A stretch of 64,000 bases of DNA from positions 3,991,924 through 4,055,923 of the forward strand of contig CM082597.2 of assembly GCA_040954595.2 (NCBI GenBank), read 5' to 3'. The position numbers and the translations under genes were made by a program. The stretch is from Balanoglossus misakiensis (lineage: Eukaryota; Animalia; Hemichordata). Below are positions 23,901 to 38,600 of this stretch, in pieces; the stretch's first letter is position 1, and each line of letters starts with the position of its first letter. Below the pieces are notes generated by a model that had not been told where the DNA came from, ran no database searches, and saw nothing but the letters and a program-made list of their open reading frames with translations.

Positions 23901-26900
23901 GGGAGAAAAAACGAGAAATCAAGATAAAAAGCTTGGCACATCTCTAGTACATTCACAGCATAGTGTTGGCACAAGGGGTTAGAATGCAAGACACCGTGTG
24001 ATTATGGGACCTTAGAAATACTAACATTTGCACCAGGAATATACCAGCACAGTATGAAAAAAGGGCCAGGTAAATGCTGGCATTGGATGAAAAAGTGCCA
24101 GCAGAATGCCGGCACATATGCTAGGTTGTATCATATCTGTACTGTATGTGCACTATGTCATACGTGCATATATGTATAGTTAATGTATACAAAGAAATTC
24201 GGAGTCCATTATCAGTCATGATGATTGAAGTCATTTGAATTAATGTCAAACGATCTACACTTTGTCACTGTAACACATTGCACGTAGAGGTTTTACGCGT
24301 CACATTGATATAACACACAAGCAACAAATCTATGACTTGTGATAAATTGCACACAGTTGACGACCTACCTATACCACTGTATGAAGAACACCGCAAAAGA
24401 GAAGAGATAAAAAGACATGAAGAATGCAACGACACCCATCACAGCTTTCCAGTATTGGTTCCCTGCAGAGCAACAAGAAAGGTGATTTGCATACAAAGGA
24501 CAGTACATCTGGTGTATGCATGATAGCACAGAATAGTTTTATAGGATATATCTAAAGTTTTACAGTATTTGAAGTCAGGCATCTGTAGTGTTATTGTCAA
24601 TTTACTAGAGGACCAAATTTTGTTGTACATATAGATTTAACTTTTTGACAAATATTACTTACTTGATATAGTGGGTACAATGCTAATAGTTATATTTTTA
24701 ATCCTACCAATACCTGGTAGAGGATTCAATGCAACTGTAAATGGGAAAAAAATATAATAATCTTTGTTAGAGATAGCCCATCACACCTTATAAGTAGATG
24801 AAAGACATATATGCCAATACATGTATACATGGAAACTTAAAGTCCAATCTTTCACATTGCTTTGGATATTTTTGTGATATAAATTCATTTGTCTATATGC
24901 TGTTGTGCGAAAATGTACTTTTGGAATGTTGGTGATTAGCTGCATGTGATTGGACAATTGAGTTCATGTGACTACCCTTGAAGTTGATTTGATTGGACGA
25001 ATCAGACATTACCATGGCGATGATTCATATTTAGTGAGTTCTCAGTGGGTAAAGCAGGTTGCAGTTTGGTCAGGCCGTTGCAGTCAGCATCATCTGGGTG
25101 GACGACGACCACTATGAAAAATTCTTTCTTCTGAAAATCATTACCCTACAGAAAGAACAGAAAGTGTATTTTAAAATGGCATTTCAAGTTTTTGGTCAAA
25201 AAGATTAATTGAAAGGTTGTCCCAAACTTTCTTAATGTTGTATAAAGCAGAATACTGAATGGACATTAGATTTTTGTGTACAGTATATATTCATTCATAT
25301 TAATCAGCTTCTTGTCATATTTTCTACATCATCCACAAGCCATTTTACTTTTGCAAATAGACAAAAGTCTAGATTCAACCCTTTCATCACCATAGTTTGG
25401 CCAAAATCCATTGTTTTCTATGGTATAGTTGGACCTCTACACAGGGAACCAGGTTGAAAGGATAACATTAATTTCAATTTTCAACAAATATCACCCATCC
25501 AAATTCCCTCCCTCCCCTTCTCCCCCCCCCCCTCTCAACTTACCTGTACTGTAATGGATGACTGCGATGTCTGTGTCTGGTAGATGCCAGTGAATTCTAC
25601 ATTACGATTCAAATCAAAAACTGGACACTGAAAAAAAATGAAAAAAATGATCAGCTTGCCACATATAACGATGACATACTATAAACACTTTATTTTCGCG
25701 AGTTGAAATTTTTGCGATATCGAGAGAGGCCACTGTTTTGCGAGTATTAATTTTCGCATTCTCATTCGCTTCATCGTTATCTTCAAAAACAATTTACGCG
25801 ACTTTTTATTTTCATGCTATTTTCGCTCTCGCGTATTTGGCGAAAATTTATTGCTCGCGAAATTTTACAGTATGTGTCAAACAGTCATGTACAAGCAACT
25901 GGTTCTCGAAGGATAAAGCATTGACTTACAGTGGTTTCTTGAACTGAAATAGTAGCACAGATGTCATCATCCGAATATCCTCGGACTTGAACAGCATCAG
26001 TATCGCTGGGGAATTTGAAATAGTAGTACTGTGGAGTAAAGACAAGAAACGACCTTAATTAAAGTAGAAAGTGCCTCTGGGACAAAAATGATACTCAATT
26101 CTTTTAAATATTTAAGATCACCAATGGGTGTGGCTGCTGATTTTTTTGTATAAATGGAACTATAATATGCTTACCTTCGGTCTTGATGGTGATACTGTTA
26201 TTTTTTGAGGTTTTGACATACTGAAAATATAAATAATTATAATGATTATACTGTCTCCCAGTGATATCTACATCAAGTAATGTAATTTCTGAAGCATGAA
26301 ATACGTGTAATTTGTCATCATGGATATTATTATTGCAAATCATATGAAATATTAATATATATAACAGCCCTGTCTTAATTAGTGCGATTAACTATTAATG
26401 TACGTAAGGTTATCAAAACGGTCATGTTAACTTTCTGGGTATATAACACACCTTTAGATAAACACTAAATTGCATACAACTTTGATATGCATATATTGGC
26501 AGGGTCTCACTGAATATTGAAAACAATGCTGATGGTTTGTTATTTCTAAACAGAAAAGTGGAACGTGCGCATTTCGGTGAAAGGGTTAGAACAAGTAAAC
26601 TTTGACTTACAAGATGTCAAAATCATCAACGATGGTCACGTTGAGAGTATAGAAAGTAACATTTGCTGAGGAACATGAAACGTCAATGACCACTTCATTG
26701 ATGGTGGTATTGCCGAAATCCATCGGACACAGTGTCCTAGCAACCGCATCGTACTCATATCTGGAACATAAAGAGTAAATGGTAATATGAGATTATAACT
26801 AAGGTACTAGATGCAATGTGCTGAACTGTCTTCACCCTTTCACTACCATGGTTCAGTCCAAACCCATAGTTTTCAATGGTAAGGTTGGACCTGTATAGAG

Positions 26901-29104
26901 GAAACTGGGGGTGAAAGGGTTAAGGCACCCACATATTAGAGGAGCAAAAAGTATTTTCAAGAACTTTGCTCAGCAAATTTCTTCTTCTGTACAGACGATT
27001 TTTATTTCAGAATTTTAGATAACTACAGAAAATTGCAATACTTACAATGAGAGTATAGTCATTGGTATCGGCCATGACATTATTCCCTTCTGTTGCCGAA
27101 CGACAAATAAGATTGGAAATTGTGAATTTGCATTGCTGCTGTCGACATGTACTCGGATTGCTGACGACTGAAAATAAACACAAAAATAAAGATTTGATAG
27201 TATTGAGTTGTAAATATTTCAGCATTTCATCCTTTTTCAGGAATTTGAGCAAGAAATTACAGTAAATATATAAAACTAAAATACTGATGACATAGTTATA
27301 GCTAATTATGCTTTAATACAGTCATGTAATTCTGAGTGAGAAGGCAAGAGGCCTCTTCAGGTTTCCCTGACTCAGTCAAACTCAAAGGCTCAATTCTTGG
27401 TGCTATAGTTCTGTCAAGTGCAGAAGTTATAGATAACCTGCACAATACACAAGTAACTAACTATGACAGCATCCTGTACTTGCGGAAATTGCAAATTTAA
27501 GCCACAAGATACTATTTTCCATCGAGCATTAGTTGAAATTCTGACAGTTAACAACAAAGATGAGAAATTTTTCATTCAATGACAGATGACCTAGCCATTC
27601 AGCCCTTGTGAAATGCCTGAAAAAGTTAATTATCTAGAAGGAGCTCTTTGAAACTAATTAAGGGACATTACCAGTGATAAATTGAAGACAAGTGACATAC
27701 TTTTATAGTTGCTACACTCTTTGCATATAAATTTTATACTTTAATCACTTGTCAATTCACTATCTCTGTTCTTTTTTGACAGGTTTTCATGGCAATAAAT
27801 TATCACATATCAGCTTTTTATTTTGTGATATTACTGCTGTATACATAAAATGATTAATAACAGAATTCAATTTCTGATACTGGTAAATTATATATTCTGA
27901 AAAGCTACCAATTTCCGGAACTGCTTAAACAGCAGAGTAGTAATTTTTGGGATTTAACTATAATTTGTCATTTTCAGCTGATTACATCAATTCTCTCAAT
28001 TTTCTGTTCCGAATAAGGCAGGAACCAAAATATTCCAATAGACCATTACATGTATATATGTAAAATAAAATATGAAACATCCATCATTGTGGTATCATTA
28101 ACAACATACACCATGTTTTTCTTATGGTTCAATAATTTCATCCGACCTAATGCAGATCTGCCTAATGAAATGAAAAATGAAGCTATGATTATCATTTTTC
28201 ATCAGACACTTTCTCCTTTCCATTATATGAATTATTTATGACCACAGGGCAGTGGAAAATGAATGCCATCATTCTTACAAAGGTCTTCATTTTTTCACTT
28301 GTACATTTGTGTTTGTTTGTTTGTTTGTTTGCTTTTATGTTTTGTTTGCTTTGGGGATCTATAGAAAAGTACAGCATCAAGCATTTAAAAACATGTATAC
28401 TACTACCTGGGTCGTACAAAACACTTCATGATCTCATTTATTTATTTATTTTTGTACAATCTAGCATTGGGGGTAAACATGTTTGTAAAATTTAAGTGAG
28501 TATTACGTCAGTCACACGGTGAACACATGACCAATGTCATGTGACACATACGCAAACGCCACATGTGACACAAGGTCATTCGCAGTGCAGGAAACAGACA
28601 ACATTATTCTGGACTCATCGATCGTCGGTGGACAATTCATCAGAATCGTATTGTTATGATCCGGATACACACTAATCCAAACTATAGTTTCGTTTTCTAT
28701 TTAGCTTTTGGTTTCATGTCACGGTTCGCAACCGACGATCGAAGTTAGTGCATAATTTAATTCATAAAATACAAGGCAGAAGTAACGCACATCATGTTCT
28801 TATACTTAATGTGTACATTCATCACATTGATAACGGAAGCTGGTGTATGAAATCAACTCACCATTTTCATTCCATCTTCCACTGTGAAGATATACTGATC
28901 TTCCTTTCCTTGACTTACATTTCCGTGATATGTCCTGTTAAATTCGTGACTAGAATAGCCACTCGATCGGCCAGACGAACTGGCATCATCGCCAATGGCC
29001 GCTGTGTCTGCAGCCCACGACGATCGGATCAGACAAAACACACCGATCGCTAGTAATAACACTAGCCACGCATTTGAGCGCAAGCCTTTCATGTCATTTG
29101 CCAT
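11921..29104 (-). CDS. SIDT: SID-1 transmembrane family member (SIDT1/SIDT2 co-orthologue, ChUP family), complete gene
   Basis: Exons 5'->3': 28862-29104, 27046-27167, 26611-26760, 26175-26220, 25930-26028, 25544-25627, 25013-25145, 24663-24734, 24369-24462, 23843-23879, (22769-22780 putative), 22124-22189, 20580-20755, 20158-20298, 19950-20023, 19629-19752, 19338-19455, 18826-18962, 13565-13667, 13364-13437, 13117-13163, 12800-12905, 12408-12518, 12164-12277, 11921-11983. Motifs: [85 protein letters not shown]...IPVF*. Confidence 0.96.
15078..18533 (+). CDS. Type I membrane protein (signal, Ser/Thr-rich mucin-like stalk, EGF, FN3, TM, tail; ~974 aa), nested antisense in a SIDT intron
   Basis: Exons 15078-15339 (hydrophobic signal [20 protein letters not shown]) and 15871-18533, phase 1. 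EGF: [12 protein letters not shown]...[14 protein letters not shown]3: TITVKWQWP...GYIVQY...[18 protein letters not shown]: [20 protein letters not shown]. The EGF-FN3-TM order resembles vasorin. Confidence 0.88.
19096..19160. repeat. (ATGT)n microsatellite in a SIDT intron
   Basis: About 16 ATGT units. Confidence 0.97.
25677..25872. mobile_element. TA-flanked MITE (Tc1/mariner-like), degenerate copy
   Basis: Same sequence family as 31992-32203 (CACTTTATTTTCGCG...GCTCGCGAAA...TTTTACAGTA). Confidence 0.7.
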
Positions 29105-30096
29105 CTTCGACGCTAAGTTTCATCGTAGGCTACCTAAAGTCTTCAGGAACACTGGATCAGTTCGCGTCTTCCCTGGCCTGCAGCTGGACGTCCAGAGCTT
29201 CCGCAAAAACAAAGGCCCTCCAGCTTACCTAAGAATATTGCTAGACTTTATGTACATTACATGAAATGTATCACACACCTAATTATTCATATAAAAATAT
29301 AAAAAAGGGGGGGGGGGGGGCATTCATCAAAGTCATTTGCCATCGTATATATGTATTTACCAAAAGAGAGAGATTCGACCTAGTTCTGCCTAGATCAATC
29401 AGAATGTTCTGTTCCATTTGGAGAAACATCAAAGAGTGGGAGCTCAGCTTCAAAATGTGAACTTCTTTCATTAATTAGAAAAAAATACGTCATACTGTTA
29501 AGCTGTATGTCCAAAGAGACACTTAAAAGTTTAGAAGCGGACAACTGAATATTTTAAGCCTTAATTTTATTTATTTCTCTTTGTCTGTGGTTTTATAAAG
29601 CAACAGGTACATACAATTTAAGATACCAAAATGTAATCTGAGTGCATTTTATATTGAAGATATGATCCCTCTTAGACAAGAAAGGTTTATTTCATACATT
29701 ACATAGTATTATGTAAGCATGCGTGTAACGTGTGGACGTCAATGCATTGTCGGGAGTGGTTACCATGGTAACCCTTCATTAGTTCTTCACCAGGGGAAGC
29801 TCATGACCCACCCGGCGGCATGGCAACAAAAAGCTCCCTCAAATTGGTTGCTCCATGTCTGTAACTTATGAAAAACATAGACGCCAAATTTGTCTGTGTC
29901 AGGAAATAAGTTAATTTTGGACGTAAAGATTATGTATGCAGGATATATGAGGTGGTATCCCGTCATATTTCTTCCAATGCTACTAAGTGGTTCTTGCTCC
30001 CACACTCCATGCGACCGCCCCCGTGCTGAATGGTTTAGCCGAAGGTGTAAACAAAAAGTATAACCGCGAACTTGGGGAGTCGGAATATTGGGAAAC

Positions 30097-33000
30097 ATGG
30101 CTGCCGATAATCGGGGAGCGATATCGAAAAGATGTTCGACGATTAATAACGACGAACCGTCGACATCGAGAGAGGAGGAACCGACGACAACAAATGCAGT
30201 GACGACAACCAGCGAGCTGCTTTGCCTGGTGTGTTCCGACAAAGCGTCGGGGTACCATTACTCCGTGTATTCCTGCGAAGGCTGCAAGGGCTTCTTCAAA
30301 AGGACTGTTCAGAAACAACTTAAATATTCCTGCAAGGAGAAAAATAACTGCGAAGTGACCAAGTTCAGTCGGAATAACTGTCAGTTCTGCAGGTTTCAGA
30401 AATGTCTGAACATGGGAATGAAAGTAGAAGGTGTGTAGATAACAAAGTACTTTTGTTGCAGTCGATCTAACATATTACAGTCACCAATTTTGTCACATAT
30501 CTCATGTTAAAATTAGGTCAATGTGAAATGAGGTTATGATCATGTATAATGATATGTAACAACAGTTGCTCCTGTTATGTAATAACTGCAGCCATGTATT
30601 TGTGCACCAGATAAACACTAGGAACAACCATGTGTTGTAATCAAATAAGTTTGGGGGAGGTGTAATATTTGTTGACTACATTCTTAAAATAGATGTTTGG
30701 GTCATCTTGTTCCATATCATATACCACATGCACCAAATTCAAAGTATTATCTTTGTTATCTTTTTTTTTATGCAGATTAGCTTCATGCTTAGATACATTA
30801 CCAATCAGTTTTTCACAAAATGTTTGCAGTTTTGCACTTAATTCTAATTTCTATACACATTGTACAGCCACGTTGACTTTTGTGAGAAATCTGGCTTTTG
30901 TAAAAGAAATGTGTTGATACATTGTAACATGCATCAGGAGTTTACACCTAGTCATGGCTGACAATACGCAGTCTAGTACGAACCCATAATTCTTAATATG
31001 ACAGAAATGAAGAAATAATGATCGAATTTCCATTTAGATTGGTTAAAAAAAGCAACAGTATAATGGGGTTTGATGCCAGACAGCTGTTGAGTGTGACCGA
31101 TATTTACGTTCTTTTGTTCATGACCCAAATTCTCACAATGAACTCAGTCTGAACTCACAATAGAATGAAAGCCGAAGTTTATGGTGGTGTGCACGTACAG
31201 ATGGTTTGGTCCGGGTCAACAACTTCTATGCACACTCCATGAAAGTTTATAAAAACAATAATGATAATAATTAGTCGTAGTAATAGTAGTAGTATCATGA
31301 TCATTCTCATCATCATCATCATATAATAATTATTAAAAGTTTCTGTGAAACACACTGCACAAACACCTCATAGAAAAATAACAAAAATTAAATAATTATT
31401 TGACGATAAAAGATATAGATAAAACAGTACAGAAAGGTTAGTTTTTTTAAAAATACAATGCCTAAAATAATCAACAGTATTGGTATCTTTATTTAAAGTG
31501 GCAGATTATTCCAGAGTGCAGGCTCGTACATGTTACAGATATTGCTGTCTGACTATGCATCTAATTAGGGCAGTTGGAAGTGCAAGATATCTCTCTCACT
31601 AGTTCCTGTATATCTTGATAATAGCAGCTAGTGTTCCTTCAACAATTCTAAAAAAACTTTTAACTTTTTATTGCCAGCTGTGAGGGAAGACCGAATGCCG
31701 GGGGGTAAACAGAAAACGAAAAAGCTGAAAGTTGACAGCGACACAGAAATCGCCACCCAGCCGTCGCCGAGTGTAAGTGAGAACAGCAGCGATGTGTCGT
31801 ACGAGTCGAAGGTGTCGGGGTTGTCGGTTGATGACAGCCCCTTGAAGGCAGTGGACACGCCACCAGGGAGGAGGACGAGTGCTGATGCGGCATGTGCTCT
31901 TCCTGAGCAGAATGCTGAGTACGAAAAATTGGCCGAAAGTCTGATCGCTGCTCGACCAGACATCATACCCAATGTCGAGTGTGAGTCTACATACTGTAAA
32001 ACACTTTATTTTCGCAAGTTAAATCTTTCGCGATATCGAGAGAGGCCACTGTTTCGCGAGTATTAATTTTCGCGTTCTCTTATTTCATTCACTGCATCAT
32101 TATCTTCAAAAACAATTTACGCGACTTATTATATTCACACTATTTTGGCTGTCGCGTATTTGGCGAAAATTAATTGCTCGCGAAAATAAAGTGTTTTACA
32201 GTATATAGTACATATATAAGCATGATAATTCTAGAGACATGCAACGAAAATATTTTTCTGTTTTAATCAAGGTGTGTATGTATGCAAAAATGTAGATTTT
32301 TTAAAAGTTAAACTAATAGGTGTGTCAAATTTAGTTTCTGTTTTGCTTCTTTCCCATACAGCGTTGAAAGACATGAGTTATTTTGGGATCGATGAACTGA
32401 TGCAGTATGGGTACAAAGAGTTGCAGCTGATTATCAAGTGGGCGAGACAGGTCCCTGGCTTTCGTGATCTCCTTCTGGAAGATCAGATGGCTTTATTAAA
32501 AGCATCTTTCATGGAATTGAATGTATTACGGCTGGCATATAGGTCAGTACATGTATAATACAAATAATGTACATCACAAGTATATCAAACTGTTGTGTTT
32601 CTTTTATTTTCAAATGCAGTGTGTAGTTTTAGAGAAACATCTTATTGGTGTTTTTGTGGCTTTTTTTTCTGAAATTTTTATGTGGATTTTGTATGTTCTA
32701 TGTACTTGTCCTTGAGTTGCTATAAATAGATCATCTCTATTCTAAGTGCAGCATCTTCAAATCAATGTTGATTGTTCGTGTGAGTATGGTTGCTTAGCAA
32801 CAGCTTTTATGTAAAAGCTGAGTGTATTGTAACATTCGAAGGATGCGTTCTTTTGAAAATTGAACAAATCCAAACAGGACAATCCTTTAAATTTTTTCTG
32901 AAAAAATGAAATGGAAAAAAATATCATTTTGAGAGCATCAGTACAGTACATTTTACCATGTTTTTTTTCGCTTTCTAAAAATGAGTATAATCCTACAAGG

Positions 33001-33831
33001 TAGTTGGACCTCAGGGCCAAGTGAAATACATTAATAATACATGCAGCTGATATTGATGTGAACTTTGGTGCATTTTTTGACGACAGGTCCAAGAACACTC
33101 AGGGCCATGTCAAGTTCGGCTGCAATGTCAAACTAACCACGGAGCAATCCATTGAGATCGGGTGGGGCAATGAGCTCATCTCGTCCACGCTGGAATATGT
33201 CATTAGAATCAAGGAAATCAACTTGGACCATCCGGAATTTTGTTTCCTCAATGCTATAGTACTGACTTACCCTGGTAAGTGTAACTCCATGACATGTCAG
33301 TTACTCTAGAACGAACTTCTTTTTGCATATGTCAGTGGAAATAGCTTGATGGTAGGTACCGCTGTAAAATATGTTTATTTTTATTTTTTCATGGTTTCAG
33401 TCGGTAACAAGTAGGTTAAGTGTCTTTTAAGCCCAAAAGGATGGATTTGGCAGTTTTGAAACAAACAATTGTATTATGAATCAATATTGGATGTAAACCT
33501 GAAGTCCACATAGGACACAATAATCAATTTAACTAACTAAATAAACACACATAGCAAAATCACAGTTATTGAGTTTTCTTCAATCCCTCCGACAGATGCA
33601 GCAGGCTTGAAAGACAAAGCAAGTGTCACAGAGCTGCAGGCCAAGATGGTGGACGCCCTCCGATACTATGTCAAGTCACGTTACCCGTCTGACCAGAAGC
33701 GGTACGCCAAAGTGTTGCTACGACTACCAGCGTTGCGTACAGTAGCGTCCAAGGCAACGGAAAGGTTCCTGTCTATGACTCTCGATGGGACCATCCAGCT
33801 TAACGAACTTGTATCAGAAATGATGGGTTAG
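30097..33831 (+). CDS. Orphan nuclear receptor, probably NR7/NR8 subfamily
   Basis: Exons 30097-30430, 31678-31980, 32362-32542, 33087-33274, 33596-33831. C4 DBD: [31 protein letters not shown]...CQFCRFQKC, then [14 protein letters not shown] signature [33 protein letters not shown] and an AF-2-like LVSEMM end. NR identity is certain; the subfamily is from memory. Confidence 0.92.
31992..32203. mobile_element. TA-flanked MITE with CTGTAAAACACTTTATTTTCGC TIRs, in NR intron 2
   Basis: TA-CTGTAAAACACTTTATTTTCGC...GCGAAAATAAAGTGTTTTACAG-TA: perfect TIRs with a TA target duplication. Confidence 0.85.
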
Positions 33832-35607
33832 ACTTCGTAATTATTAATAGGGTGATCCTTCGTTGCTTTCAATGCAAGGGTTGGACCTTAGCATACTTGG
33901 GATTTCAAGCGTCTTATCAAATCAAAAATTACTAAAAAATAACAGCTTTGTGCCTTTGTATAATGCATTTGCCAAAATGATGAGATATTCAACATTAAAT
34001 ATGGCTGTCATAGACTTGTTGCCAGGGGCAACAAATTTTTGCTGAAAATGTTTACAAAGTGGCTTTAAAATTTTTAATTGTAATTTATCACTAAAATATT
34101 TTCAAAAGAAAGTTATGTCTACAAAATTAAAAAAAGCTGTAGGTTTTTTATGTGGCAGCAATCTTTGCAGCTAGAGGTGTACTTGCTTTAACATGAGGAT
34201 ATATTATACAATTTTAATTAACTCGTATTATGTTTGTAAATCTAGTAATTTGCATGTCATTTGCATATAATTGTTTTAGAATTTCCTTGTATTCATAATA
34301 TTTGTGCACAAAATATGATCTTATATTCAGTGTATACTACTCTTTAGTTTCATAAAATATCCCAAATGCAGACAACATTGGTTAAAGGGCCACTATCTGT
34401 AACTTCTGGTTATTTTTTAGTATTTTTTTGTGTGTGTTAACTGCATTTTCTTGTTCTTCTCCGATATTGTCCTTAAATTCTCAGTTTTCTTGTCATCAAC
34501 ATGATGTATATACAGACCAAGGTTCTTGTTGATAAATGCATTCAAGTTTGGATTTGAATATAATTTTCAACAGTAACAATGTTGACAAGGTAAATACAAT
34601 GTATTAGGTATTTCATCATTCTGAAGGGGGTCGAACAAGAAACCATGATTGATGGATAAAAATAATGAAACGGGTAATGGAGCATGGAAAACAAAAGATT
34701 GGATAAATGGATGTTGGGGGCGCTGTATAAATTGCATTATGGGAAGCCTATCGGATATAAAAGAAGTTTTTCTTTCTTTCTTTCACAAATCCAATAGCTG
34801 TCGTAATTATAATCTGTCTTTTTAGAATCAACTGATTAGTACACATCTTGGAATAAAAATGTAACTTGTATTATCACAGTTTTGTGTATTAAATCGGGTA
34901 ATACTTTGTACTTGAGAAACCTTTTTTCATTCCTGGTTTGGTTGTGTTCGCAATAGAGTTTTTCCTTAACAATGAAAGAATTTCACTTTGCAATTTAGTT
35001 TAATTGCACGTTTGGGAGAGAGGAAGAGAGCGTCTGGAGAAAGCTCCCGGATGTGTGATAAAAGTGACGCGCCGATGTGATAGTGCTTGAAACTTGAGAC
35101 TTTGTAAGGGATAACACATCATGTACCAACAAGAGGGCCCCCGACATGCAAAGTCAAGCATTAAATAATAATAGTGTTAACTTTCACATCTTGTTTGGTT
35201 CACAAAAATCGAAAATGAGAATTTTCTGTCGGTCAGTACAAATAACCTCCGTTTAAAAGTTAGACAGACTTGCAGAATAAACGCAGAGACTTTCCACTCG
35301 AGTGCAAACACTGCTGAATGATAGATTCTGGGGATAGACTTTGCATTCCGATCTTTGTGGCCAGCGATTGTGACATGTCTTATTGGATATGTCGAGATTA
35401 ATTGGCTTATTAAAACTTTAATTATTTCTGTTTATAAAATGTTAATTCATGTATAAACGAAACTGTGTAAGAAACCCGTGAAAATCTGGTGCCAGTTTTA
35501 ACATGCATCGTCGACTTAAATACCCACCCGAATAAAAAAAATGAACTTGCCCTGAAATTCAAGACGTTGCTGGCTGCAAAGAGCATGACAGATGAAACTT
35601 GTTCACC

Positions 35608-38600
35608 ATGGTACGCCCATCGCTGCGGATTTTACCTCAAATTTTCGGGAATTTCCTGAGCATGTGTTCATGCGGATCTACAGTGGCGTTGTTTCTGGTT
35701 TTCTCAAGTCATTTTACTTTCACTTTAGGAGGTAAGTGTCTGATTTTCTGTTTCGATGGCACAGATCGGATATGTTTATCACCCAGACGACTGAAATGAT
35801 GCCGGGCCTGAATGAGTTGTCGGCACTAGAGCGGCTATACTTGAAATAAAAATACTTCGATCGTAAAGATGTTTTACCGAATCATTGACAGTGGTGTTTA
35901 ATTTTTCCGTGTTCAACTTTATTGAAACGATTCGCGGTACAAACTTGTGCTAAACTTGGTCGCAAACATTGAAAGACGCAGTCGTGTCAGTGAAATGAAC
36001 AAGACAACAAAAAGTGATCTATTTCTGAAATCGGACACAGCACTTGATGTCTTGAAGCTTTTGTTGAAACATCCGACTGACACAGTCAGACACAGGGTTT
36101 TTCAACAAATGTGTTATCACACATCTGTCAATTATTTTTCCATCGGGATTTTAGAAAAATCATGTGTTGCACAGTTATGCTTTTTTTGCATAATATGTTT
36201 TGAAATGGACATCGTTTCACAATCCTCGCCGGGCAGTGGCAATGGGGCCTAAAAACCTGCCAAGCGGGGGTGTTGAATTAGAAAGTGTTGTATATCGACA
36301 GTGCCTTTGATCTGGAAACTTTGTTTACATTTCAACCATTCAACAATGAAGTTTGATAATCTGGGAAGGGCTGGGCGGAAAATATAAACAGTGGAATAGC
36401 TGACGTGTGGCCAAAAGTTAAAGGTTATTATAAATAGTCTGATATCACGGGCCGAATTGGTCCAATTCTCAAAACATGCGGTATGCTGACATATGACAAC
36501 GTAATTTATGATTTTCCACCTCAGAATTCACAACATCTGCAACTATTTAAATGTGAAAGTTTTTTTTTCTATGTCTACTGTGTATTGTCCAAACTTTAGC
36601 CTGATGAGTAATTTGCATATTCATGTATTCACATGGTCAATGCTAATTGGCTGAATTGGACCACATGGTAAACTTTTGTCATGACAGCATTTCCGAGGAG
36701 GAACTTTACATGGCATTGTTTGCTTTGTTGAAAAGTAGTGTTTTTTTTCTTGAATAAAATGTTTCTTTAAGTCTATTCAGATTTTTTATTGGTTGGTCAG
36801 ATAATGCTATTGGTAAACTTTGTAGTACTACCAGCTTAGTAACACACAGCATGATTTCATGTATGACAAGAACTATGTCATTGACAGTAGTATATCCAAC
36901 TGTGTTTGTACAAATACACTTTAGCACACCAAGCCAAAATGGAAAACTATTGAAGTACTTTGCTCAGTGACTTACAAAGTTCTGTCCTCAATTGATTCTG
37001 ACATTGAACTAGTGGATTAGTTGAAACTGAGGCTAGGTCAGTGATCTTTTTGGCATTTAGAGGGTGGTGGATCTGAAAAGGGATTTGCTTTATTTTTACC
37101 CCTGAGCTATGTGGAAAATCCAGTAAATAGGTACAACAGGAGCAATATACACTGGTTATAGTTTGCATGGATTTATTGCGAAAAGACCAAGGCGGTTGTT
37201 TTGACTGTAATCATAACACAAGTGACAATTGTATGTATCAGTGGTTCTTCTACAGTGTTTATTTTCCACTAACAGACAAAGTGCAGTGATTCCTAACAAG
37301 TGTGTTGGCTTGTTTTCTGTAATAAATATTTCTTTTTGGTCCGTAATAAATAATAGCAAGAATTCCTGAGCTGTGAGATGGTAGGATTGAACTCTTACTT
37401 CAGTAGATTTTACAGCAGAGGAAAACATTAGATTTGTAAGCAAAATATTCCACTAAGACTGGAGACATTTTTTGGTGAGTAAAATAGATGTTTTAAAAAT
37501 CTACACTACTGAGAAATCATTACATCTGTAAATGTGATGTTAGCTGAACAAAGATATCTTTATCTTGAGTCCATGACAGTGACTCCATATGGTTAAGTAA
37601 AAACGCCTGCCCCATTGTGAACTTTTTCAGGTCAAAATCATTAAATCTTTTTAGTCTGAGTGAAAATTTATGATAGCAGCTGTGGGTAACTAAAACTCCT
37701 ATTTAAATGATTCAAGTAGCACGTCCTGAGAAATGGGTCACAAATGTGTCCACCAGTAAAACAGACAGATTTCTCTCAAATCAAAAATAGAAATTTTACC
37801 ATCTGCAACTACTGGTACTACAAGAAGATTTCACAAACTGACTAACACTTACAAGTACAAGTGTATTCCACATACCAACCAGGGGTGTGGGTGAGTTCTT
37901 TGGTCAACAGAAATTTGAAAACTTTGGATCAACAAACAAACTAAGTTCAATGTCATTGTCAAATTAAAAAAACTTGGTTCCTTTATTTTTTTCAGAGTGG
38001 GTAGGAGTTTTATCCCTAAAAGTTTTTATCCAACAAATAAATTTGAGAAAAATTGTGCCCATCTTCAAAGCTCATTTCTGTCTGTCTTTTATGCAACATA
38101 CAGACATTTCATCACTTTCACAGTAAACCCGTTTCTGGAATTTGTTTGCAAATTCAAGTTTCTTGAGTCAAGGAGAACAACCCAAGATTTTGAGGGACAC
38201 ATCATCATCACAAATTCCTGCTATTAAATACAAATACCGTGATGATTTGTGATGCCATGTGTCAACAACCTTCCATCCCCCGACTATCAGATTCCGGGGC
38301 TAGTCCAATATCCTGCATCGTTTACTCAACTAGTCAAGGTGGAGGACACCCTCACAAGACAGAAAAACAAGTCAAAGGTCAAGCGATCACAGGTCAAGAA
38401 GCCAATAATGATGTCTCAAACCAGGAAGATTCCTTATCTGTGATTAACTTTGGATTGGGTTTCATAATAAAGAGATTGGATTGATTTTTTGATACTCTTG
38501 GACAGACAGTGTCATTTGTGAAATAACATAATCTACGGTACTCTTTTATCAAAGACTTTAGTAAAGTGAGTTTGTAAGTTTTTGTGTTGTGCTCTGAAGG

